Origin: Macrostomum lignano | Lineage: Eukaryota | Length of the DNA: 64,000 nucleotides | Direction: 5' to 3' | NCBI GenBank assembly: GCA_002269645.1 | Contig: NIVC01002491.1 | Location: 62,001-126,000, forward strand | In this document: positions 23,231-34,452 of the stretch, one piece after another | How the letters are laid out: each line of letters starts with the position of its first letter | Position numbering within the stretch: the first letter of the stretch is position 1 | Notes under the pieces: model-generated | Database searches by the model: none | What the model was told of the DNA's origin: nothing | Seen by the model: the letters and a program-made list of their open reading frames with translations, nothing else | Position numbers and translations under genes: made by a program

Positions 23231-23789
23231 CCGACCAGTTGCTCCAGGGACACTGGCTAATCCCTCTGTCAGTTACTTCAGGACTTTTAGGGTCACTCTA
23301 ACTGTAAATAAAAATATAGTCACACGACATTATCAGTACTAAAGTACATGTAGGAAGCACTAAACACTGTCAATGATAAGCATAAAAAATCACAGACAGG
23401 AAAGAATAGGAAAACAGAGATTTATGCTTCCATCCCAACACAGAACAATGGGTGGGATAAATAATCTAGCGCGCCATGACCCGATTGCTTTGTCACTGAC
23501 AGACTGCAGCTCAGACGAAGGCCTGAGCAGTCTGTGCCCGAGCTGCTTTCGCACCGCCAAAGCCACCGCTATGATCAGCCAAGATTTTGCAGAGCTAGTC
23601 GACAGCGGCAAAATAATGTCTGACGGTACAAAAGCAGCAATAGGCGATTTCATGCAATCTTAAGGGGCGCGCAGTTGCCAAGCTAACTAATGCTGTTATT
23701 GAACTGACAGAGTCGCTTTAGTGATTTACTTAATGATAGGGGTTCACTAAGATTACTCAATGGATAGGAATTCACAGTTAATTAGTGGG

Positions 23790-24445
23790 AAATTTCTCAC
23801 TTGATGAGGGAATTTCGCATGGAATAACGGGGAATGTCTTTCGTAATAAAAGCGGCAATTTTCATTCAATCAAGGGGGAACTTCTTTCTCAATCAAGGGG
23901 GATTTTCTCACTCAATCAAGGGGGATTTCTCTCTCAATCAAGGAAAAATTTTTTAATCAAGCAAGAGGGATTTTCTCACTTAATCAAAAGGAACTTTTCA
24001 ATAAATTAAGGAGGAATTTCTCACTCAATCAAGGGGGATTTCTCACTCAATCAAGGGGGAATTTCTTACTCAATCAAGGGGGAATTTCTTACTCAATCAA
24101 GGGGGAATTTCTCACTCAATCAAGGGGGAATTTCTTACTCAATCAAGGGGGAATTTCTTACTCAATCAAGGGGGAATTTCTTACTCAATCAAGGGGGATT
24201 TCTCACTCAATCAAGGGGGAATTTCTTACTCAATCAAGGGGGAATTTCTCACTCAATCAAGGGGGAATTTCTTACTCAATCAAGGGGGAATTTCTCACTT
24301 AATCAAGAGGGATTTCTCAACGACTTAAAGAGGAATTTTTCAATCAATCAAGGGGGAATCTTTAATCAATCAAGGGGGAAATTTTGACTTAATCAAAGGG
24401 GGAATTTCTCCCTCAATTAAGGGGGATTTCTCTCTCAATCATGGG
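23790..24445. repeat. About 24-bp minisatellite (ggaatttctcactcaatcaagggg), ERK intron 5
   Basis: Homogeneous core at 24010-24300 with degenerate flanks. Confidence 0.9.
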
Positions 24446-24622
24446 GGAGGACTTGTCAAAGGAGGACTTTGTTACTTTACTAATAGGGAATATCTACGAT
24501 GAGAAATTCCCTTTCTCATAGTTTAGGGGACTGGGGACTGCGTGTTGGTAGACATAGGGGAATCTCTGAAGCCTTAATAGTACTACACAAAAGTTAGGTA
24601 AATTCCAAAAGAAACAACTGAC

Positions 24623-25096
24623 CTCATCCTGCGGGTCGTAGTACTGCTCCAGGTACGGGTGACTCAGGGCGGCCTCAACGGTGATCCGCCGCTCCGGATT
24701 AAACGTGAGCAGCCGTTCCAACAGGTCCAAAGCTTTGGGGTCAGCATTGGGATAAACTTGCGCCCAAGTCTTCTTAGTTTTCACTGGCAATTGTAGCAGG
24801 TAATTTCTGGCCTTATCGTTGCGAATACAGCTCAGGTCTTCGCTGCTAGGACTGCCCAGCACATTCAGGATGAGGTTCAGCTGATCGATGTAGTGCTTGC
24901 CCGGAAACAGCGGCTTGTTGTTCAGCATCTCTGCCAGGATGCAGCCAACTGACCAGATGTCGATGCTCTTGGTGTAGCCCTTGCTGTTCAGCATGATCTC
25001 TGGGGCCCGGTACCAGCGGGTGGCCACGTACTCTGTCAGGATGCCCGTGTGATCGTGCTCGGGGTCCGCCACGCGGGCCAGACCGAAGTCGCAGAT
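24623..25096 (-). CDS. MAPK1: ERK/MAPK exon 5
   Basis: [52 protein letters not shown]...YYDPQDE; TEY activation loop; ccAG acceptor, GTcagt donor. Confidence 0.97.
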
Positions 25097-25099
25097 CTG

Positions 25100-25560
25100 G
25101 AGGAGGAGAGGAAGAGAAGGAGAGGGAGGTGAAATGGAGGAGAGATAGAGTTGATAAGGTGCGATAGAGCGAAGAGAGAAGTAGAGTAGTGAAGAGAGAA
25201 ATAAAGTTGAATTAGAGAAGTAGGAAGAGGTAGAGTGTAGACAGAGGTAGAGTGTAGACAGAGGTAGAGTGGAGGAGGGGAATGCAGTGGAGGGAAAGGT
25301 AGAGTAGAGAAGGCGAGATAGAGTGAGAGGAGAGTAGAGTAGAGTATAGAAGGGCGATGTAGAGTAGAGAAGGGACAGGTAGAGTAGAGAAGGGACAGGT
25401 AGAGTAGGGAAGGGACAGGTAGAGTAGGGAAGGGACAGGTAGAGTAGAGAAGGGACAGGTAGAGTAGAGAAGGGACAGGTAGAGTAGGGAAGGGACAGGT
25501 AGAGTAGGGAAGGGAGAGGTAGAGAGTAGAGAATAATGCTCAATGAGAATAGAGTGAGAA
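25100..25560. repeat. Purine-rich low-complexity tract with a 20-bp repeat (agagtagagaagggacaggt), ERK intron 4
   Basis: Strong strand asymmetry; abuts the exon 5 acceptor as an extended pyrimidine tract. Confidence 0.85.
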
Positions 25561-26044
25561 GAGAATACAAAAACTATATGCACTAAACACAGGTGCCAAT
25601 AATTAAAGTTAGAACAAACAGTTAGCAAAATGTACGGGGCGACAGGCCAGTTGCTCAAAAACTGCCACAAATACGTCACACACACTGGCTAAGCAAGTTC
25701 CGAGCAACATAATAGAGAATAACAGGCTGTCAGAGCCTCGCAGCATACTGTAGCAAGCCATGACCCGACTGCCAGCCACTGTTGTTAGGCCAAATAAATA
25801 TAGGTAAACGGCTCCAGGTGCGTCTGGCCGCTCTCTGCGCTGAACTGCCGCCACAGCGAGCAAAAAACGGACACAGGTAAATAAGAAGTGTGTCTGCTAG
25901 CTGGGCACTGGGCGGCAGTAGCTGTGTGCAAGCATTTGTCAGCGCGGAAAGCAGACACCCCGACTGGCTGGCAATCTTAAGGGGCTTGCATCAAGATATA
26001 TATCACCAGAGTAATATAAACCGATTAGGCTTTTAACTTAATTA

Positions 26045-26164
<120 letters not shown>

Positions 26165-26169
26165 TTAGA

Positions 26170-26620
26170 TGGTTGAGGGGATGCTAAGAGGATGGGGTTT
26201 CTGAGTGAATGGGGGGTTGCTGAGGTGATGGGGGTTGCTGAGGGGATGGGGGTTGCTGAGGGGATGGAGTTGCTGAGGGGATGGGGGTTGCTGAGGTGAT
26301 AGGGGTTGCTGAGTGGATGGAGTTGCTGAGGGGATGGGGGTTGATGAGGGGATGGGGGGTTGCTGAGGGGATGGGGTTGCTGAGTGGATGGGGGTTGCTG
26401 AGGGGATGGCAGTTGCTGAGGGGATGGGGGTTGCTGAGGTGATGGGGGTTGCTGAGGGGATGGGGGTTGATGAGGGGATGGGGGTTGCTGAGGGGATGGG
26501 GGTTGCTGAGTGGATGGGGGTTGCTGAGGGGATGGCAGTTGCTGAGTGGATTGGAGTTGCTGAGGGGATGGGGGTTGCTGAGGGGATGGGGGTTGCTGAG
26601 GGGATTGGAGTTGCTGAGTG
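26170..26620. repeat. 18/19-bp G-rich minisatellite (gaggggatgggggttgct), ERK intron 3
   Basis: Direct periodicity. Confidence 0.92.
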
Positions 26621-26755
26621 AATCAGGATTGTTAGACGAATCCAAGGATCATCTGAAAGCCCACAAAATTGACAGAAACTGAGCTACAGAATGGCCAACC
26701 AGGTTTGACATTAAATATCAGGATGCAAAGTAAGATTTGTTGCCAATCAACCTAC

Positions 26756-26915
26756 CGCGCAGGATCTGGTAAAGAAAATAGCAGACATGCTCGTTGCTAA
26801 GATTCTGCGTCTTCAGCAGTTTGAACATGTCCGTCTCCATCAGGCACTGGACTATGTATACGTCGCGCATTGCGTCAACAGACGATGCGGTGATGATATC
26901 ACGGATATCAATAAT
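26756..26915 (-). CDS. MAPK1: ERK/MAPK exon 3
   Basis: IIDIRDII...[36 protein letters not shown]; canonical splice sites, phase-consistent. Confidence 0.95.
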
Positions 26916-27082
26916 CTGCGGGATGAAGCATTGTGGGGATCTTGATCGACTGCACGAAATACTCCCGAATATCTTGGCATCTGACTGGATTATAACCTGA
27001 TCACCTTGATCCAGAGTCAAACTAATCCCTGAATTTTTATGGGGATCGATTTTCTCCATAAAAGTACAGCAAGGCGACTCAC

Positions 27083-27209
27083 ATTTTCGTGCCTAAACCG
27101 AGTAAGAATTTTGATCTCGCGCAGGGTCCGCTGGCAGTAAGTCTGGTACTCGAATGGCGAAATCTTTTTGATGGCCACCCTATCGCCAATCATGTTGTCA
27201 TTGGCAGAT
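27083..27209 (-). CDS. MAPK1: ERK/MAPK exon 2
   Basis: [33 protein letters not shown]; ttAG acceptor, GTGAGT donor. Confidence 0.95.
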
Positions 27210-27367
27210 CTAAGCAAAACGGTAATTGGGGTATTAAGGGGTTGTAGCCTAGTGGTTAGAGCAAAATGCTAAATTATGTCTACTATAAAAATTTTGAAGT
27301 TTAAGATAAAAGTTTTGTAACTGTTAAAAGGTTACTTCAATATGCTTAAGGCGTTAATTATTAGTGC

Positions 27368-27561
27368 TGATATCATAGCAGACTTTTACGCTGCTCCAAG
27401 GTTCTTAGTCTTGCTCTTATTTCTTTTTATTTCACAGTTCTCACAGCGGGCATTTGACCCAAGCCTGTTTTGCAGCTTCATTTAGTCCATAGATAAAATA
27501 AAACGCGTCAAACTGCATATGCAATTATAAATAATATCTATATTATAGTCACGTCATATCA
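27368..27561 (-). mobile_element. 3' LTR (194 bp) of the Ty3/Gypsy element
   Basis: Termini TGATAT...ATATCA; preceded on the minus strand by the polypurine tract ggaaagaggga (27562-27572); internal AATAAA. Confidence 0.8.
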
Positions 27562-30441
27562 TCCCTCTTTCCTTCAAGATGCTTGATACCTGTCCGGTGC
27601 TCTCCGGATCCGCACCGGGTACCTGGACTCCGAAGGTTGAATTGAACTTGGTTTTCCATCGTCTTCGATAGGCTTGTGGGTTTCAGCCTCAGCTCTATCT
27701 CTGACATGGTTCCGGTGCTTCACCAGATCTCGTCCTCTATCGTCCTGTACTTGTCTCGGCTGTTCTTCAACCGCTTCTTGAAGTACGAGTAAAGTGAAGA
27801 TCTTGGACCCAAACGGGACGTAAATTTGTTGTTTTCTTGTCCTGGAACGACCGACGATGTAGCAGTGACAGTCTAGTATTAAACTGGCGCCCAAACATTT
27901 CTCTACACGGATCGACACCGTTGGCTCTTGGGCAGACTCGAATGGCGTACAAAGCTTGTTGCATTCGAACTTCCGGGTCTGGATCGTTTAGCTGTTTTAG
28001 CTTGGTCTTCAGCCTTTTCACTGCTACCTCGGCTACTCCATTCGAAGCGGGATGGTATCTGGGTGACTTGAGGTGTAGCACTCCCATTCGCTTCAACCAG
28101 GCTTCTGTTTCACTTGCAACGAACTGTGTTCCATTGTCAGTAACCAGTACTTCCGGGATGCCAAAGTTGCAAAACGTTCTTTGCAGCACTTAGATGATGG
28201 CTGCCGCATCAGTATCACGAACCCATTCGGCGCTAATAAATCCAGTCTTGGCGTCCGAGACCACGAGAAAATTTCTTCCTTCTAATTGACCTAGGTCAGC
28301 ATGCACTCGGCACTAGGCTTCCTTTGGCACTGGCCATGGTCTGAGCACAGCTTTCTGTGAAGGTCTTGGGCGTTGACACGTGCGACACTCTGCCACGCAC
28401 TTTTCTTTCTCAGCTTCCATATTGGGCTATCAAACATACTGTCGTGCCCATGCCTTCATCGCTTGCATTCCCGGATGAGAATCATGAAAACGCATAACTT
28501 GTGCTCTCAATTTTGCAGAAAATTTTGCAAAAAGTAGTAGATTATCACCGCAGCTCAGTCTATTCTGCACTCTTCGGAACGGCTCTGGCACATCTTCACC
28601 AGATCGTAATCGACTGAGAACGTCTTGGACTTCCTTGTCTTCTTGGGTCACCTGTTCTATCTGGTCTGTGGTGACTGGTCCTTCATCGGACAAGGCGATA
28701 TCTACCGCAGCAATTTCGTTCACTGCTTCAGTCGCTGACCTATCACTCCAGTTGTTTCCGTCAGTTGGAAGTCATCTTGGCCAAATTTTCCCGGTTTTTT
28801 CCGCAGACTAGAATGTCCTCAATGAACAACACCACTCCGAGGACATCTTGAAGCAACTCGCATAGTGTGTTCTGAAACAATCCAGGAGCAGATGACAGTC
28901 CGTATGGTAATGCCCTGTACCAAAAGTAACCAAAAGGTGTTGCCGATAGTAGTGATATCCTGTGAGTCCTTGCACAGCTCAAAGTTATGGTATGCATCCT
29001 TTAGATCTAGCACAGTGAAACTACTGCATCCTGAAATGGCTCGTTGCACATCCGCCTTTGTTGGCATATCGATTGGCGGTAGCTGTAAAAGCTGGTTGAC
29101 TTGTCTATAGTCTCCACACAGCCTGATGTCTCCCGAGCTTTTGGGAACGACCACAATTGGGCTAGCTAACACCGGCTGCTCTACTTTTTCAATGATCTTC
29201 CGCTTTTCCAGATCTTCTTATCTTTCCTTAATGGCTGGTACCAGCAAAAATGGGAGTGGTCGGGCCCTCGATACCACCAGTCTTGTGTTTTCTTGTACTT
29301 CCATTGACAGCATTAATACTTCCTTTGCAAGTTCCATTGGTACTTCCAACTTCACTTGAATTCGCTTATAAGCCACTGCAGCTTGACAACGGCGCTTAGT
29401 AACTTCGATACCCAAACTAAACCAATTTCGGCCAATAACTGGCTTTGCGTTCATGTCCATGACTACCACAGGTAATGAGCACTCACTCTCATCTTTGGTC
29501 TGAACTCGAACATCTGTGGTACCACGTACTGGTAGGTCTTGTCCTCCATATGATGTTAGTCAACAATTTGGGTCTGTCCAATGCAGTCCTAGTTGTTCAG
29601 CCAAAATTTTAGAAATGCAGGTCACTGATACACCAGAGTCTACCATCATAGCAACATCCTTATCGTTTAGTTTTACATTGATCCAGATGCTTGATCTGTC
29701 CCAGTCATCACATAGCTAAATAGCTCATTGTCCTTGGCTGGTTCATCCTCCTCCTCAATTCCTGCACACTCTCAGCTTTTCTTTAATGGAGCCAGATACT
29801 GGATGCTGGATGCCACTTTGACAAGTGAGCTAGCTGGCTTGTTAAGCTTACATGTAGCTTCAAAATGATTCATTTTTCCACATTTTAGACATTTTGCTCC
29901 AAACGCAAGGCATGCCTTTGGTGGGTGTCTTTTCATACAGAAATTGCAAGCCTTGCTGAATGTGCATCCCTGAGCTTGGGCCCTGTTTTGTTGTCATACT
30001 CTGCCCTTAGTTGCACTGACTGTTTCCACCTTTCCATTAGTGCTTAAGGCACTCTTGCTTACTTGCTCCTACGCTGTGGCAGTCTCCACTGCCAGCTCCA
30101 GGGTCAGTGGGTCTTTGATAAGCAGCTCTTTCACCACAGACTCACTGTGCAGTCCTGCCACAAATCTAATCTGTCTCACAAAGCTTCTTGTAGGAAATCT
30201 CCAAATTGAAATTGGTCTGCTTGAGCACATAACCTGTTCTCAAAATCTGCCATTGATTTGTATTCATCTTGCTTTAGTAAGTTAAACTTGCAGCACTCAG
30301 CTACAACCAGTTTCTTCTTCTACGGCACGACATGCTTCTCAATTTCATACTTCAATTCCTTAAAGGTTTTGTTCTCTGGCTTAGCTGGAGTGAATAGTTT
30401 CAACAGCTTGTCATAGGCAGTTCCTCTATGAGGCTTATGAA
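27562..30441 (-). mobile_element. Decayed Ty3/Gypsy LTR retrotransposon internal region (gag-PR-RT-IN; Mag-like) in ERK intron 1
   Basis: Two gag knuckles CNFCMKRHPPKAC and CLKCGKMNHFEATC; protease MVDSGV; RT SPIVVVPK...RLCGDYR...LPYGLSSAP...FIED; integrase HDSHPG...CRTC, TDNG and SNGVAE; many stops and frameshifts; RNase H absent; no 5' LTR seen. Confidence 0.92.
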
Positions 30442-31292
30442 AAAGTTTTTATACTTTAAAGATTTTAAGATCTTAAAAGATTTAAGATTTTTCAAGATTT
30501 TTCAAAGATTTCTAGCATAAGTATAATGAGCTAGACTAATAGGCCCATAGACCAGATCATAGCAGACATATAGGGCCTACTGGAATGAAAATTCATGTTT
30601 TTTCAATTTTACACCAATGTAAAATAAATAAAAAATTTATGCCAAGCTTAGAATTGTTTATATACCAATTTTTTAAGAATATATGGCGAAATCCAAAAAC
30701 ATGGGATAAAACGGTAAAACAAATCTGCGGACATTCGATGGAAAGTAATGTATCTAAAAAGGTTTTTGAAAGATAGATAGGTCTTTAGAAAATAGTTCTG
30801 GATAAAAACCATTGTTTTCATGTTTTATATTGTTGAATAAATAAGAAAAAACCACAAAAAAGCATTTTGAAAGTCCAAGTTAACCGATTTGCAATTTTTT
30901 GTTTCACTTTTTTTCATTATTAAACAATTAATTTTAAGACTTGTAGGCCTTAGAGAAGGCTAATTTTTTTACTACTTACAAAACAGAAAGTAATCTGTGT
31001 TTTACTTTTTATTCAATTCAAAAAGATGAAGTATTTCTAAGGATTTCAAAGTTTTTCTAAAACCATATAAACTCGCGAAAATTCTAATATACTAATATAC
31101 TAATATAAAGTGCAAAGTTTGCCAGCAAACATCTTTCTTTAAAAGTAAATATATGGCTAATTCCTTGTTGCAAAATAATCTTTAGGTTGTTTTCTTTCAT
31201 TTAAATATCAACTTGCATAGTATTAGTATTTGTAATATGCCTATATTTAGACTTAAAAATTTTGGGTAAAAAATGGTACCACAAAATGTAAA

Positions 31293-31995
31293 CCCGGCAT
31301 CCAAATCAGATGCTTACTGTATGCTCATTAAGCGACGAAGAACAATGAAATTACACTAAAACATGTATCATCGCGGCGTGTATGCAGGAAAAAAAGAATT
31401 TTCCAAATTGCTTTAGTAGAAGCTGAGTAAAATGCAATTTTCCAATCCTTATGGGAATTTCAATGTGTTACCCGGCTTCCAAATCAGATGCTTACTGTAT
31501 GCTCATTAAGCGACGAAGAACAATGAAATTACACTAAAACATGTATCATCGCGGCGTGTATGCAGGAAAAAAAGAATTTTCCAAATTGCTTTAGTAGAAG
31601 CTGAGTAAAATGCAATTTTCCAATCCTTATGGGAATTCCAATGTGTTACCCGGCTTCCAAATCAGATGCTTACTGTATGCTCATTAAGCGACGAAGAACA
31701 ATGAAATTACACTAAAACATGTATCATCGCGGCGTGTATGCAGGAAAAAAAGAATTTTCCAAATCGCTTTAGTAGAAGCTGAGTAAAATGCAATTTTCCA
31801 ATCCTTATGGGAATTCCAATGTGTTACCCGGCTTCCAAATCAGATGCTTACTGTATGCTCATTAAGCGACGAAGAACAATGAAATTACACTAAAACATGT
31901 ATCATCGCGGTGTGTATGCAGGAAAAAAAGAATTTTCCAAATCGCTTTAGTAGAAGCTGAGTAAAATGCAATTTTCCGATCCTTACGGGAATTTG
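31293..31995. repeat. 178-bp tandem repeat, 4 copies
   Basis: Unit starts at 31293, 31471, 31649 and 31827. Confidence 0.95.
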
Positions 31996-32488
31996 TATGT
32001 TTAAATAATAAACTTACGTTGAATACAATTTATTGCAAATGAACTCTACAAAATACACATTGTCAAGAGTAACGAAAGTGATAAACAAATAAACCCTTGA
32101 AAATAATGTTAAATATGTTATAGAATTATAGAGTGTAACATTATAAGATAATTAAAGTTAATAAAATACATTATTATAGCTTTTCTATCATTTTCATTAG
32201 ACTCATTTTAGGTTGTAATTAAACTTACTGTTTTAACAAATCATTTTATTAAAAATAAAGCTATACGAAAATAATTTGTGCTTTAATAGACTTTTTTACC
32301 TTTTAAAAACTTGAATAAATTTATTTTATAGCTTTATTGCTTTCAAATTGCCAAAAAACGAATTTTCATAAAACTTGCCCCCGATTTTTGGATTTCACCA
32401 TATACTTAAAAAATGTTTTACTAAGCTTTAACATGGCTGTTTTTTGCTATGAACTGATATTCTTTGATTGAATTTTTTCCCATAGATT

Positions 32489-32941
32489 CCATAGTCGGGA
32501 AGGTGGCACAGTGTGCGCCAGAACTATTTTGATGGCTTTTGAGCACTGTGCGCTGTGCGCCATGAAGAAAAGATTTTGTGCGCCACAGCGCGCCATGATA
32601 AGGTAAGTCTAAAGTAAGGTAAGGTAAGGTAAGGTATTTATTCTACCGTAAGGAATTTACAGTAGACAAATTTGAATTTCATTTATGTATTTTATATTGT
32701 GATTTATGTAATTTACGTAATTTACATAATTTTATTTTACAAATTATAGAATTAGTCCTGACACTATATATTTTGCAAAGTATAACGAAGTGTAACTATA
32801 TATTTTTTCAGCGCCATGCGCCATGTGTGCCACCAGAGCATTTCCAATTTTTCCTTGTACGCCGTGTATGCTGTGTGTGCCAAAAAAAGGGCCAATTTGC
32901 GCCGGAAAATTCACCAAAAACTGCCACCTTCCCAGCTATGG
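32489..32941. mobile_element. MITE (non-autonomous DNA transposon) with about 20-bp TIRs and 8-bp TSD
   Basis: TIRs ccatagtcgggaaggtggca / tgccaccttcccagctatgg; catagatt duplicated at 32481-32488 and 32942-32949. Confidence 0.85.
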
Positions 32942-33197
32942 CATAGATTGGGTTAATATTTTTTATTCTAGTCTCCAATTATTTCTAAAGGAGCTTTTGT
33001 TGGTTGATATTTAACTACACAATTATATTAGCCTTGAACTTGGCTAGTTTTTGTATGCCGACTATGTACAATTCATGTTGAACCTGGAAATTCTAAACAC
33101 CAAGTGTACACCAAGATTGTAAGCAAGCAAAAATATTCTAATATAAAGGCCACCTTTTGGACTATGGTAATAGGCTTATATTATGGTATATCATATG

Positions 33198-33948
33198 CCA
33201 TAGTCAGGAAGGTGGCAAGTGCACGCGGGAATCAATTTATGGAAAAATCCTTGGTGCATGCCAATGTATGCCAATTTTTTAAAACCCTTAACATGACGTT
33301 TCTGTTGCACGCCAAAAATCTTGAATACCAAAAATCATGTACGCCGAAAATTGTGTATACCAAAATCCTGTATGCCAAAAGTGGTTACACCGTCTGTTTA
33401 CCCTATAGTAAAATTGTAAAAATTTGAATATTAACCGTATTAGATACTATTTTAAAATAACTTTTCTACTTACATTAAACAAAGTTTATATAAAAAAAGG
33501 AAATTCGCTACAAAGAACATAGTAAGTATCGAAAACTTTTTCTTCACATTTCAAGAAACAAATAAACTAAAAGTCTACAAGAGTCACAAAATAAGAATGT
33601 TTAAAAGTTATTGGGTATTTTAATTTTAATGTAGGCTGTAGAGTGTAGGCCTGGCTGTAGGCTAGGCTGTAGCCTCAACTAGTTGGTTTAATCAGTATTC
33701 AAATTCAATTGTTCACGTTTAACTTTATATATTGTATATATAGTGTATACATCTATATTTGACTTGTTGATATACTGTCAGTTTGTAATTGCATGCCAAG
33801 GTTACACGCCAAGTAAAAAAACTTGTACGCTGAAAATTTAGGCGTGGCTTGAGACCCCTATTTGCACGCCAACTTTGCACGCCAAAATTTTAGCGTGGCT
33901 TGTGCACGCAGGAAAATTCCCGCGTGCAGGCCACCTTCCTAAGTATGG
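33198..33948. mobile_element. Related MITE with about 33-bp TIRs and 8-bp TSD
   Basis: TIRs ccatagtcaggaaggtggcaagtgcacgcgggaat / attcccgcgtgcaggccaccttcctaagtatgg; atcatatg duplicated at 33190-33197 and 33949-33956. Confidence 0.87.
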
Positions 33949-34345
33949 ATCATATGGAGTATTATTATTTGTCTAGAGTGCCTAAGTCTATGCTATCAAT
34001 ATCATTATCAGACCAATATACAATCTATATGCACCAAAGACAAAGTTGCATACCAAAGTTAAGCATCTTGTAAAATTGCAGTCTGTATTGACCTATATAG
34101 ATCTATCTAATGAATCATGCATAGGCCTATATAACTTTATAGGCCTATCTTGATTCTTGGTAGTCCTAGGCTTAGCCTAGGTGTAGCCAAGCCAATTCCA
34201 ATAGAACTTAAAGAATTTACAGGAAACACGTCATACTAGGCCCTATACTATACTCTATAGTCAACCCAGAACAGACTGGTGGCAACCCCTGAACAAACAG
34301 GTGGCAATCCCGGAATACTAAACATTATAAATAAAAAATACTTAC

Positions 34346-34452
34346 ACAACCATGCCATATGCACCTTCGCCAATGTGGGTAAGATTAGTGTAGCGTGGGC
34401 CAACGTGGAAAAGCTGTCCATGTACAGTTTCTACTGCTGTTGCAGGTTGCAT
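34346..34452 (-). CDS. MAPK1: ERK/MAPK exon 1 (gene spans 34452 to 21876; 6 exons; 361 aa)
   Basis: [35 protein letters not shown] (Gly-rich loop); GTAAGT donor; phase 2 joins exon 2; not in the ORF track. Confidence 0.92.

Noticed and set aside
23373-23663. 96/87-aa ORFs in ERK intron 5
   Set aside because: No recognisable domain or splice support
24494-25570. 358-aa ORF as a membrane-anchored or signal-bearing MAPK
   Set aside because: The hydrophobic N-terminus is intron 4 low-complexity sequence; the true exon is 24623-25096
30556-30567. 12-nt match (atcatagcagac) to the Gypsy LTR as a 5' LTR remnant
   Set aside because: Too short, with no extension on either side; compatible with chance
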